This document shows positions 21,845-31,178 of a stretch of 59,047 bases of DNA, in pieces. Under the pieces are notes generated by a model. It did not search any database and was not told the origin of the DNA. It saw only the letters and a program-made list of their open reading frames with translations. The stretch lies in the NCBI GenBank assembly GCA_905479295.1, contig CAJQLY010000022.1, forward strand, positions 1 through 59,047, written 5' to 3'. A program made the position numbers and the translations under genes. Each line of letters opens with the position of its first letter. Within the stretch, counting starts at the first letter, position 1. The stretch comes from an uncultured Gammaproteobacteria bacterium (GTDB taxonomy: Bacteria > Pseudomonadota > Gammaproteobacteria > UBA4575).

Positions 21845-21982
21845 CTCTATGGTTTATCTGCACCAACTCAGCTTTAGCAAAGCCGACCCTCAGGCTATTC
21901 TTGGGGCCACTATTAAGGCTGACGGCCTAAACTATCGGCTCTCTTGCTTGCTGGCAGGCCTCATGCAGGGTAAGTTGCGCCT

Positions 21983-23296
21983 ATGCGATCTATCCAAACC
22001 TTACTCTCTGCCGGCACGGTACTTCCCGTTGACCCGCAAGACTCTATTTTAGTTGATCATTCCATTGCGATTGATCAAGGCCGTATTATTGATCTACTGC
22101 CAACGGCAGAGGCCTTACAGCAGTATCAAGCTAATCAGCATATTGAATACCATGAGCATATCCTAATGCCTGGGCTGATCAACGCCCATAGCCATGCCGC
22201 CATGTCCTTATTAAAGGGCCTTGGCAGCGACCTACCGTTACAGCGTTGGCTCAACGAGAGCATCTGGCCAACCGAAAGTCGGTGGGTCGATGCACAGTTT
22301 GTAAATGATGGTAGTGAACTTGCCATCGCCGAAATGCTACGTGGTGGCATCACCTGCTTTAACGACATGTATTTCTTCCCAGAAGTAACTGCAAGAGCAG
22401 CATCGGCCATTGGTATGCGTAGCGTGGTTGGCATGATTATTATTGAATTTCCCAGCGCCTATGCCAGTACTACCGATGAATACTTCGCCAAGGGACTCAG
22501 CCTGTTTGATCAGTACAAAGCCGACCCACTAGTCAATGTCGTGTTTGCCCCGCATGCCCCATATACCGTTGCCGACGATACCTTAAAAAAACTCAACAGC
22601 TATGCCAATGAACTTGATCTAGCTATACACATGCATGTGCATGAGACCGCTGCTGAAATCGAAGACAGCCTTAAACAGCATGGCAAGCGGCCTATCGCTA
22701 GATTGCATGAACTCGGCCTGATTAATCCAAATTTACTCGCAGTACATATGACGCAGTTAACTGAGCAAGAAATCAGTCTAGTCGCTGAAGCTGGAGTGAC
22801 TGTAGTGCACTGCCCTGAATCTAACCTAAAACTGGCCAGTGGCTTTTGCCCTGTAAACGAACTTTTGAAAAGCGGCAGCAAGGTTATACTAGGCACTGAT
22901 GGTAGTGCTAGCAACGATGATCTAGACCTATTCTCAGAGATGCGTACTGCGGCCTTATTAGCCAAAGGCGTCAGTGGTGATGCAGCCGCCTTCAATGCGC
23001 GCCTTGCGGTGCGTGCGGCGACCTTAGATGCAGCCACTGCACTGGGATTAGGTGATGAAATTGGTTCATTAGAAAAAGGCAAAGCGGCCGATATCATTGC
23101 AATTGATTGCAGTAGTATCGAGGCTCAACCGATTTATGATGCCTACAGCCATCTACTTTATGGTGTAGACCGTGCACAGGTAGAAGATGTTTTTGTTGCC
23201 GGTCGACAACTATTACGCAAACGCAGCCTAACAACGATTAGTGAAGATGAAATCATCACTAAGGCCCATAGTTGGCGCGAGCGCATTCAACCCTAG
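21983..23296 (+). CDS. mtaD: MTA/SAH deaminase (TRZ/ATZ amidohydrolase family)
   Basis: PGLINAHSH, APHAPYT, HMHVHET, HCPESNLKL and GTDG; sits between mtnA and ubiG. Confidence 0.88.
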   Translation: MRSIQTLLSAGTVLPVDPQDSILVDHSIAIDQGRIIDLLPTAEALQQYQANQHIEYHEHILMPGLINAHSHAAMSLLKGLGSDLPLQRWLNESIWPTESRWVDAQFVNDGSELAIAEMLRGGITCFNDMYFFPEVTARAASAIGMRSVVGMIIIEFPSAYASTTDEYFAKGLSLFDQYKADPLVNVVFAPHAPYTVADDTLKKLNSYANELDLAIHMHVHETAAEIEDSLKQHGKRPIARLHELGLINPNLLAVHMTQLTEQEISLVAEAGVTVVHCPESNLKLASGFCPVNELLKSGSKVILGTDGSASNDDLDLFSEMRTAALLAKGVSGDAAAFNARLAVRAATLDAATALGLGDEIGSLEKGKAADIIAIDCSSIEAQPIYDAYSHLLYGVDRAQVEDVFVAGRQLLRKRSLTTISEDEIITKAHSWRERIQP

Positions 23297-23340
23297 ATAC
23301 CTACGCTGTCGTTACGGCAGACGCTAGGCAGGAGGACCTG

Positions 23341-24039
23341 ATGGAAAACTTTGATAAAGAAGAACTAGCCAAGTTTGATGACCTTGCCGCACGCTGGTGG
23401 GATAAAGACAGTGAATTCAAACCACTGCATGATATCAATCCCCTACGCCTGAACTACATCGATGAAAAGGCCGGACTCGATACTAAAAAAGTTGTCGATA
23501 TTGGCTGTGGTGGTGGCATCCTAAGTGAGAGTATGGCGCTACGTGGGGCCACGGTAAAAGGCATCGATCTGGCAACTGCAGGCTTATCAGTCGCTAAGCT
23601 ACACGCACAACAATCAGCTGCAAATGTTGAATATGAGGAGATTTCAGCCGAGGCATTGGCTGAACGCGAGCCTGCTAGCTATGACATAGTCACCTGCCTA
23701 GAAATGCTAGAACACGTCCCGCAACCAGACAAGGTCATCGAGGCCTGCGCAAAATTGGTTAAACCCGGTGGTGATCTATTCTTCTCCACCATTAACCGTA
23801 ATCCGAAGTCTTATCTATTCGCCATTATTGGCGCTGAGTATGTCCTCACCCTGCTACCCAAAGGTACACACGAATACGCTAATTTTATTAAACCAGCTGA
23901 ACTCGATGGTTGGATTCGTACCGCAGGGCTAGATAACCAAGACCTAATCGGCATGAGTTATAACCCATTCAATGGTAATTATTGGCTAGGCAAAGATGTT
24001 ACTGTGAACTACATGATGCACGTACACCGCCCGGCTTAA
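23341..24039 (+). CDS. ubiG: Ubiquinone biosynthesis O-methyltransferase
   Basis: WWD...PLHDINPLR, DIGCGGG and LPKGTH; AGGAGG RBS before ATG 23341. Confidence 0.96.
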   Translation: MENFDKEELAKFDDLAARWWDKDSEFKPLHDINPLRLNYIDEKAGLDTKKVVDIGCGGGILSESMALRGATVKGIDLATAGLSVAKLHAQQSAANVEYEEISAEALAEREPASYDIVTCLEMLEHVPQPDKVIEACAKLVKPGGDLFFSTINRNPKSYLFAIIGAEYVLTLLPKGTHEYANFIKPAELDGWIRTAGLDNQDLIGMSYNPFNGNYWLGKDVTVNYMMHVHRPA

Positions 24040-24049
24040 ATCACAGAAT

Positions 24050-24760
24050 ATGAGTAGCACAGAGAGCAATTTACTGACCCCCGTGCATGCCGTTTTATTT
24101 GACTTAGATGGTACTCTACTGGATACCGCTGACGACCTAGTCAACGCCTTAGATTCTTTACTAGCCAGTGTTGGTCGGCCACCAGCCGATCGACAGATTG
24201 CGCGCAGCCAAGTCTCACAGGGTAGTGTTGCACTCACCCGCCTAGGCTTTCCCGAGGTACTTGATAGCGATGAATTTGAACGCCTAAGACTACAATTTCT
24301 TGATCACTACAACGCTGCAGTCTGCATTGATACCGCCGCCTACGATGGCATAGAAACCATCTTAAAGTGGATTGAAGCAGCGGGCATTCCTTGGGGGGTA
24401 GTGACCAATAAACCGGGCTTTCTAACCGATCAGGTACTTGCCCACTTAGGCCTAGACCAACGTGCCGCCTGTGTCGTTAGCGGTGACACACTGCCCCTAC
24501 GCAAACCCCACCCCGACCCCTTACTACTGGCCTGCCAACAGATTCAACGTGAACCTCAGCATTGCCTTTATATCGGTGATGACCCACGCGACATCCATGC
24601 GGGTAACGCAGCAGGCATGTATACTGCGGTGGCAGCCTATGGCTATGTTGACCCACAAATGGACGTCAACACCTGGGGCGCCGACTTCATCGTCGACCAG
24701 CCACTAGCCATACAGCAGATTATTAGCCTGAGCACTCGCATACCTAAGGTCGAAGACTAA
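24050..24760 (+). CDS. HAD phosphatase (Gph/MupP family)
   Basis: FDLDGTLLDT, VTNKP, KPHPDP and IGDDPRDI; follows ubiG. Confidence 0.88.
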   Translation: MSSTESNLLTPVHAVLFDLDGTLLDTADDLVNALDSLLASVGRPPADRQIARSQVSQGSVALTRLGFPEVLDSDEFERLRLQFLDHYNAAVCIDTAAYDGIETILKWIEAAGIPWGVVTNKPGFLTDQVLAHLGLDQRAACVVSGDTLPLRKPHPDPLLLACQQIQREPQHCLYIGDDPRDIHAGNAAGMYTAVAAYGYVDPQMDVNTWGADFIVDQPLAIQQIISLSTRIPKVED

Positions 24761-24761
24761 A

Positions 24762-26042
24762 TTGAATGCCCTACTACTATTAAGTGTTGTACTCGCTCTA
24801 CTACTCGGCGCCCTAGCGGCCCATCTCTACACACGCACCCGCTATGAGAGCAAGCTACAACGTCTTAATGCTGAAAAACAAAAACTCGATACCGAGCTGC
24901 AACTCGAACGCGCCCAGCTTGAACAAAAACTTGCCTCTATAGAAGAGAGTCGCGAACAGATCCTCGAGAGCTTTAATAGCCTGTCTAAAAAGGCCTTTGA
25001 AGCCAATAGTGAATCCTTCCTGCAATTGGCACAGCAAAAACTAGGCATCTTTCAAAAACAGGCCGAAGCAGATCTGACAGCCAAAGAGAAATCGATTGAG
25101 ACTTTGCTCAAGCCAATCAATGAGGCCTTACAGAAAACTGAACATCAGATCTCCAGTATCGAAAAAGATCGCAAAGAATCCTATGGCGCTTTATCCGCAC
25201 AGTTACGGTTGGTTAATGAGGCACAGCAAGGACTGCGCTCGGAGACCGAGCAACTGGTGCAAGCACTGCGCCGCCCTGAGGTGCGTGGCCAATGGGGTGA
25301 GATGACACTGCGTCGTCTAGCCGAACTTTCTGGCATGGTTAATCACTGTGACTTTGAAGAGCAAGCCCACACCGAAGTTGAAGGCAGTAACAACATGCGC
25401 CCTGATATGGTTGTCCGCATGCCAGAACAACGCGACCTCATTGTCGATGCCAAAACCCCCTTGGATGCCTACTTAAGTGCTTCCCAATGTAGTGATGCAA
25501 AACAACGAGAAGCCCACTTACAACATCATGCACGCAAGGTTCGCGAACGCATGAAAGAGCTTGCCAGTAAGGCCTATTGGGCACAGTTCAAACAATCCCC
25601 TGACTTTGTCATCCTCTTTATTCCAGGCGAGCAGTTTCTCACTTCAGCCTTAGACTATGACAGTAAATTATTAGAGGATGCCTTCGCTAATCGCGTGATC
25701 CTCGCAACACCAACAACACTGGTCGCCCTACTGCGCTCAGTAGCCTATGGCTGGCAGCAAGCCGCTATGTCTAAAAATGCAGAAGAAATACGCGACCTAG
25801 CCAAAGATCTTTACAAGCGACTGCACACCTTTGGCGAACACCTACAAAAAATAGGTAAAAGCTTGGACACCAGCGTCGGCCATTACAACAAGGCAGTCGG
25901 CTCATTAGAAAGAAACGTATTACCAGGCGCACGTAAATTTACCGAGCTTGGGGTACAAGCAAAAGAAGAAATTGCTAACATCCCAACCATCGATGAGCGC
26001 ACACGCGACCTCAACCTACCGAAACTAGAAGAAGACAAATAA
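24762..26042 (+). CDS. rmuC: DNA recombination protein RmuC
   Basis: N-terminal TM helix, coiled coil, RGQWGE, RPD, VDAKTP and ATPTTL. Confidence 0.93.
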   Translation: MNALLLLSVVLALLLGALAAHLYTRTRYESKLQRLNAEKQKLDTELQLERAQLEQKLASIEESREQILESFNSLSKKAFEANSESFLQLAQQKLGIFQKQAEADLTAKEKSIETLLKPINEALQKTEHQISSIEKDRKESYGALSAQLRLVNEAQQGLRSETEQLVQALRRPEVRGQWGEMTLRRLAELSGMVNHCDFEEQAHTEVEGSNNMRPDMVVRMPEQRDLIVDAKTPLDAYLSASQCSDAKQREAHLQHHARKVRERMKELASKAYWAQFKQSPDFVILFIPGEQFLTSALDYDSKLLEDAFANRVILATPTTLVALLRSVAYGWQQAAMSKNAEEIRDLAKDLYKRLHTFGEHLQKIGKSLDTSVGHYNKAVGSLERNVLPGARKFTELGVQAKEEIANIPTIDERTRDLNLPKLEEDK

Positions 26043-26045
26043 AGC

Positions 26046-26780
26046 ATGGATATCGCGAACTACCAGCCAGCAGCAGATTGCCTACAAGACCGCATCATTA
26101 TGATCACCGGCGCTACTCGCGGCATAGGTAAAGCTCTCGCCATCGATGCCGCCAAACTAGGTGCAACAGTCTTATTGATCGCAAAAGACCTCAAACGCTT
26201 AGAACACACTTACGATGAGATAGAAGCACTAGGCAAGGCTCAACCTGCCATGCTCAACATCGACCTTGAAAGCGCTGGCGCCGACGACTACCAAACCGTC
26301 GCCAACTCGGTACACGAAGAATATGGCCGTATCGATGGCCTAGTGCATAATGCTGCAAGGGTTGGTGGGCTAACCCCACTACAGCAAACCGATGTCGCAC
26401 TCTGGTCTAAACTAATCACACTACACCTGCATGCCCCGTTTCTACTCACCCGCGCCTGCCTACCACTATTACAAAAGAGTGAAGACCCAAGCATCGTCTT
26501 CAGTATCGATGAAATCAGCAAGGCCTATTGGGGAGCTTATGGTGTGAGCAAGGCCGGACAAATAAGCCTAATGAACATCCTCGCCGAAGAACTCGATGGT
26601 GACCAACAAATCAGGGTCAATGGCATTCACCCTGGAAAAGTACGCACCCACCTGCGCACCCACAACTACCCAGGCCTCAACCCTAACGAATTTCCAGCAG
26701 CAGAAGACGTCACCAACCCCTACCTATATTTCTTAAGCCAACAAAGCAAAACGATAACTGGACAGTTATTTCGCATTTAG
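26046..26780 (+). CDS. yciK: YciK-family SDR oxidoreductase
   Basis: ITGATRGIG, DGLVHNA, AYWGAYGVSK and PGKVRT; usual position after ubiG-gph. Confidence 0.8.
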   Translation: MDIANYQPAADCLQDRIIMITGATRGIGKALAIDAAKLGATVLLIAKDLKRLEHTYDEIEALGKAQPAMLNIDLESAGADDYQTVANSVHEEYGRIDGLVHNAARVGGLTPLQQTDVALWSKLITLHLHAPFLLTRACLPLLQKSEDPSIVFSIDEISKAYWGAYGVSKAGQISLMNILAEELDGDQQIRVNGIHPGKVRTHLRTHNYPGLNPNEFPAAEDVTNPYLYFLSQQSKTITGQLFRI

Positions 26781-26872
26781 CAAAATCAAAGTATATGGCT
26801 TACTACAGCGCTTAATAGCAAAGGCTATAAAGTTTATTAAGTCTGTGCATGTAATTGATTAAGTCAATCAAT

Positions 26873-26901
26873 TTGACTTCTAATTTTATTAAGGGCAGTA
26901 T
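26873..26901 (+). promoter_or_regulatory. Putative sigma70 promoter of cas1, overlapped by palindromes
   Basis: TTGACT-17 nt-CAGTAT; inverted repeats AATTGATT/AATCAATT (26853-26873) and AAGTCAA/TTGACTT (26861-26879). Confidence 0.45.
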
Positions 26902-26960
26902 TTTTATCTCGACAGCATGGAAGCTGTGTATTCCTTAAACTTCCAGCACTGTCTGAAGAT

Positions 26961-27896
26961 ATGCAAGCACTGACCGACCTCAAAGCGATACTCCATTCCA
27001 AGCGCGCTAATATCTATTACTTGGAAAAGTGCCGTGTTATGCAAAAAGATGGCCGCATGCTTTACCTCACAGAAGCAAAAGACGAAAACCACTATTGGAA
27101 CATCCCAATAGCTAACACCACCTGTCTCTTACTTGGCGCAGGCACCTCCATCACCCAAGCCACCATGCGCATGCTGGCATCTGCAGGTGTACTCGTAGGT
27201 TTTTCAGGTGGTGGTGGCACACCACTATTAATGGCCACTGAAATCGAATGGATGACACCACAGAGTGAATATCGACCAACCGAATATGTTCAGGCTTGGA
27301 TGTCCTTTTGGTTTGATCAAGACAAACGCCTACAGGTCGCTAAGCGCTTTCAACAACAGCGCATTGAATACATTCAAAAAGTATGGGGCAAAGATAAAGA
27401 CCTACATGCTGAAGGCTTTCAGGCTGAGGAAGCCTTACTCACACAATTCATCCATAAAATCGAGCATGCCACCACTGTTAATAAACTCCTCACCGATGAG
27501 ATGGCGCTCACCAAAACCTTATATAGAATCGCTGCAACTACCACCAAAACCAACAAATTCAGCCGTAACCGTGAAGCCAATGACGATGCCAACGCCTTTT
27601 TAAATCATGGTAACTACCTTGCCTATGGCTTGGCTGCTACCACACTTTGGGTTCTAGGCATCCCCCATGGTTTCGCAGCCATGCATGGCAAAACACGGCG
27701 CGGCGCCTTAGTGTTTGATATTGCAGACTTAATAAAGGATACCCTCATCCTGCCATGGGCATTTATCTGCGCTAAAGAAGGTGCAACAGAACAAGAGTTT
27801 CGCCAACAATGCCTACAGAACTTCACCAAACACAAAGCCTTAGATTTTATGTTTGATAGTGTTAAACAAATCTGCCTTGAGGCCAAGCAGCCATGA
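26961..27896 (+). CDS. cas1f: Type I-F CRISPR-associated endonuclease Cas1
   Basis: LKAILHSKRANIYYLE, WNIPIANTT, PQSEYRPTEY, NHGNYLAYG and HGKTRRGALVFDIAD; full length. Confidence 0.95.
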   Translation: MQALTDLKAILHSKRANIYYLEKCRVMQKDGRMLYLTEAKDENHYWNIPIANTTCLLLGAGTSITQATMRMLASAGVLVGFSGGGGTPLLMATEIEWMTPQSEYRPTEYVQAWMSFWFDQDKRLQVAKRFQQQRIEYIQKVWGKDKDLHAEGFQAEEALLTQFIHKIEHATTVNKLLTDEMALTKTLYRIAATTTKTNKFSRNREANDDANAFLNHGNYLAYGLAATTLWVLGIPHGFAAMHGKTRRGALVFDIADLIKDTLILPWAFICAKEGATEQEFRQQCLQNFTKHKALDFMFDSVKQICLEAKQP

Positions 27897-28270
27897 TGGT
27901 CACCTTTGTTTCACAATGCGAGCACAAGGCCCTAAATAGAACCCGCCGCATATTAGATGCTTTTGCTAATCGCATTGGTACAAACACATGGCAAACCGTT
28001 ATTACTGAAGAGGGCTTGCAGTCCGTTAAAAAGTTATTAAGAAAGACCGCCACTAAAAATACAGCAGTTTCTTGTCATTGGCTTAGAAGCCGCAGTCGCA
28101 GCGAATTTATTTGGGTAGTGGGTAGTAAAAGCAAATTCAATGAACAAGGCATAGTGCCAGTAAATTATACCGATCAAATTAATGCATTAAAAATGGATGA
28201 ATTAAACGTGAATATAGAAAAATATTATGCGAATACAAAACGCCAACCATCCACAACACGTCATCCTTAG
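27893..28270 (+). pseudogene. cas3f: Truncated type I-F Cas2-Cas3 fusion (Cas2 domain only)
   Basis: MMVTFVSQCE..AL..TRRILDAFANRIG..TWQT.IT.EGL...TATKNTAVSCHW...VPVN is the I-F Cas2-3 N-terminus; ATGA overlap with cas1; stops after 125 aa, with no HD or helicase domain. Confidence 0.88.
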
Positions 28271-28874
28271 GATCATAAATACTTAAATCAGCTGCTGTAT
28301 GGGCAACATCATGAGCCATCAGTAATAATTTACGATCACCCAAATCAAGTTGAAGTGTGTCGCTCACCAGTACATCAGGAAATATAATTTCAGTCGCAGC
28401 TTGCACTGAATGCTTAGAAGCTTGCAGACGGTCGAGGAAAATATCCCCTACTAATCCCAATGCTTGAGGTAGATTCTGGGGCCCAACAAAATGCGTACTC
28501 TCTTGTTGAAAGGCCTTATTGCCTAACATATGGTCGGGGTGCACATGGGTATTAATGACATAGCAGATTGGTGTCGCTGTTAGTGAGCGAATAGCCTGTA
28601 ATAAGCGCATACCTTCAGTATAGCTGCCGCCCGTATCAACCACTGCAACGCATTCAGTACCAATAATAAAGCCGATATTAGCAATATCTTCAGACTCGAA
28701 AATCATACCGTGATGACCCGGCCGCACATAACTGCTAGCAGCGACTTGACTAAGTCCATGGCTATTTTTTGTATTTTGCTCACTACTCTGTAAGGCTGTC
28801 TCAGCATGCGCTTGAATAAGCAAAATACCCGCTGTTAGGAGCAACGGAAAAGATAATGAAAATGGATTAGACAT
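28179..28874 (-). pseudogene. Periplasmic MBL-fold metallohydrolase (SoxH/quinoprotein relay type), C-terminally truncated
   Basis: Signal peptide, ANIGFIIG, VVDTGGS, THVHPDH and AHTAAD; family-like sequence ends at VLWM just before the expected GD motif, then runs into antisense cas sequence. Confidence 0.75.
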
Positions 28875-29067
28875 AAGTCTGCTCGAAAGAACACACGGAG
28901 CTACTGATTAAACTAGCAGAAAACTCCTCTGTTCTAAAAGAGTCTTCAGCTAGGGCATAGCCCTGGATAGTTCCGAATTTTTGCCTTGTATTACCAAACA
29001 TTAACCCCGTTCCACAAAAGCCAATAAATAGACTAATATAATAGTTATTATTGTATAACAGGTTGAA

Positions 29068-29682
29068 TTAATATTGTCTAACATCAGAATTGATACCGAT
29101 GTAACAATTGCTTCTTAAACAGCAACTCTCACAACGCGGCTTAGTCTTACACCACTGCTTACCAAGCTCGATAATCAGGGCATGATAATGCGCATAGGTT
29201 TTCACATCTGCTGGGATGGCGTTTTCAAACTGAGCCTGTAGCTCATCATATGAATCCTTCTCATTTATCAATCCTAAACGAGAAAAAATACGGCGTGTAT
29301 AGGCATCTATAATAAAAACTGGATGATAAAAAGCATATAAAACAATATCGTCTGCTGTTTCAGGGCCCACACCATTCACTGCTAATAAGCCGGCACGCAG
29401 ATCGGCCATCGACCATGTTGCTAAGACCTCCGCTCCACCCTGCTGAAGATACCAAGCACAGAGAGACCGTAATCTTTTTGCTTTTATATTGTAGTAACCA
29501 GAGGGACGGATGACTTGCGCCAGCAGATCAATATCGCTAGCCATAATGGCTTGCGCATCTAATAGATGATGTTGTTTTAGCTGGAGGATAGCCTTTTCAA
29601 CATTGGTCCAAGCTGTATTTTGGGTTAATACTGCCCCAACCATAATCTCAAACGGATCATCAGCTGGCCACCAAGCATCCAA
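29068..29682 (-). CDS. Endonuclease III-related HhH-GPD protein
   Basis: WWPA, GAVLTQNTAW, GVGPETAD and the C-terminal Fe-S motif CKTKPRCESCCL; frame stays open upstream to CTG at 29736. Confidence 0.88.
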   Translation of the reverse strand: MDAWWPADDPFEIMVGAVLTQNTAWTNVEKAILQLKQHHLLDAQAIMASDIDLLAQVIRPSGYYNIKAKRLRSLCAWYLQQGGAEVLATWSMADLRAGLLAVNGVGPETADDIVLYAFYHPVFIIDAYTRRIFSRLGLINEKDSYDELQAQFENAIPADVKTYAHYHALIIELGKQWCKTKPRCESCCLRSNCYIGINSDVRQY

Positions 29683-29722
29683 CGCCAGCTGCTGATCGAG
29701 TATGGAAAAGACTGTTTGGAAT

Positions 29723-30478
29723 TTATTTGCTGCCAGAGATATCTCGCTTAGACTGTTCTATTAGCGATCTCAGCAGTTGAACTTCTTTTGCTAACAGTAA
29801 GCGATGGCGGCCTTTTCGAAAATCATCTTCTAAAAGAATAGGTCCAAATCGGATACGGATCAGGCGTGTTACCTGTAGGCCTTGTGATTCAAACATCCGT
29901 TTCACTTCATGATTGCGACCTTCTTGCAAGACTACCTGTACCCATTGATTAGTGCCTTTGCTGCTGCGCGGCTGCACATCAGTAAAGCGTGCAATACCAT
30001 CTTCTAATTGCACGCCATCTCTGAGATTCTGCAAGATATCAGGATATAAACCACCATGTACGCGGACCAAATATTCACGATCCACACTTGCACGAGGGTG
30101 CATTAAGGCATTAGCCAAGTCGCCATCATTAGTGAATAGCAAAATACCAGTCGTGGTTAAATCGAGCCGACCAACACTAATCCAACTACCACTATCGGGT
30201 TCGGGTAAGCTTTCAAAAACCGTCTTACGTCCTTCAGGATCCTTGCGTGAACAGATTTCATCGTGTGGCTTATGGTACAGCAGGACTTGTGTTTCTAGCT
30301 TGCTATTGAGCTTGATAACACTACCATCAATCTCAACTTCAGAGAGCTCTTCATCTGTTTGCCCAAGTTCCACCGGCTTGCCTTCTATTTTAACGCGCCC
30401 GGCTTTGATCCAGCCCTCAATTTCTCGTCGCGAACCAACCCCCATTCGGGCTAGCACCTTATGTAATCGCTCGGCCAT
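29723..30478 (-). CDS. rluB: 23S rRNA pseudouridine synthase B
   Basis: S4 domain ERLHKVLA..GSRRE, VGRLD and EGRNHEV; follows scpAB. Confidence 0.92.
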   Translation of the reverse strand: MAERLHKVLARMGVGSRREIEGWIKAGRVKIEGKPVELGQTDEELSEVEIDGSVIKLNSKLETQVLLYHKPHDEICSRKDPEGRKTVFESLPEPDSGSWISVGRLDLTTTGILLFTNDGDLANALMHPRASVDREYLVRVHGGLYPDILQNLRDGVQLEDGIARFTDVQPRSSKGTNQWVQVVLQEGRNHEVKRMFESQGLQVTRLIRIRFGPILLEDDFRKGRHRLLLAKEVQLLRSLIEQSKRDISGSK

Positions 30479-30548
30479 AGTATTTTCTATTTTTTACTGC
30501 TGATTAAATTAAGAATTGGATTAACCGATCTTTCGGTTAATCACAGAT

Positions 30549-31178
30549 TTAATGGTGTGTCTCGCCAGGAGGGGGATCCATTGATTCTATTTGTTTTTGC
30601 TCAGGAATTTCTTCATTCGCAATCAAGGCGAGCTCAGGCGCTATATCATCAATGTCTTTAATTTCAGCTAGATCAGGTAATTCATTCAATGATGATAGAT
30701 TGAAGTAATCTAGCAGCTTACGTGTAGTGCCATACATAGCAGGACGGCCTGGAACTTCCTTGTGCCCAATGATCTTAACCCACTCGCGTTCTAGTAAGAC
30801 CTTAAAGATACTGCTACTTACTGCAACACCACGCACATCTTCAATTTCAGCACGTGTTATTGGCTGCTTATAGACAACTAATGCCAACGTTTCCATGAAA
30901 GCACGCGAATAGCGTGGTGCCCGTTCTGGACGCAATTTATCAACCCAAGGCTGCATTTCTTCTCGTGTTTGATAGCGAAAACCACTAGCGACCTTTTTAA
31001 GTTCATAGCCTCGCCCCTGACAATCTTCTTGCAACGATTGCACGATCACTTTGATCTCATCACGGGTTACTTCATCTGTATCGTCCGCAAACAGTTTTAA
31101 TAACTGATCAACATTCAAGGTCTGCGAAGCAGACATCAGTGTTGCTTCAATAATCTTCTTACGTTGTTCATTGTCCAT
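30549..31178 (-). CDS. scpB: SMC-Scp complex subunit ScpB
   Basis: ETLALVVYKQPITRAEIEDVRGV and GRP; AAGGAG RBS. Confidence 0.95.
   Translation of the reverse strand: MDNEQRKKIIEATLMSASQTLNVDQLLKLFADDTDEVTRDEIKVIVQSLQEDCQGRGYELKKVASGFRYQTREEMQPWVDKLRPERAPRYSRAFMETLALVVYKQPITRAEIEDVRGVAVSSSIFKVLLEREWVKIIGHKEVPGRPAMYGTTRKLLDYFNLSSLNELPDLAEIKDIDDIAPELALIANEEIPEQKQIESMDPPPGETHH

Noticed and set aside
21845-21982. SAH/SAM riboswitch between mtnA and mtaD
   Set aside because: Some pairing is possible (AGCCGA/TCGGCT), but the conserved SAH-riboswitch core is not recognisable.
26855-26871. FNR site upstream of cas1
   Set aside because: TTGAT and ATCAA are separated by 7 nt rather than 4.
26781-29067. 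CRISPR array near cas1
   Set aside because: Both flanking intergenic regions were read and no 28-bp repeats at ~60-bp spacing were found.
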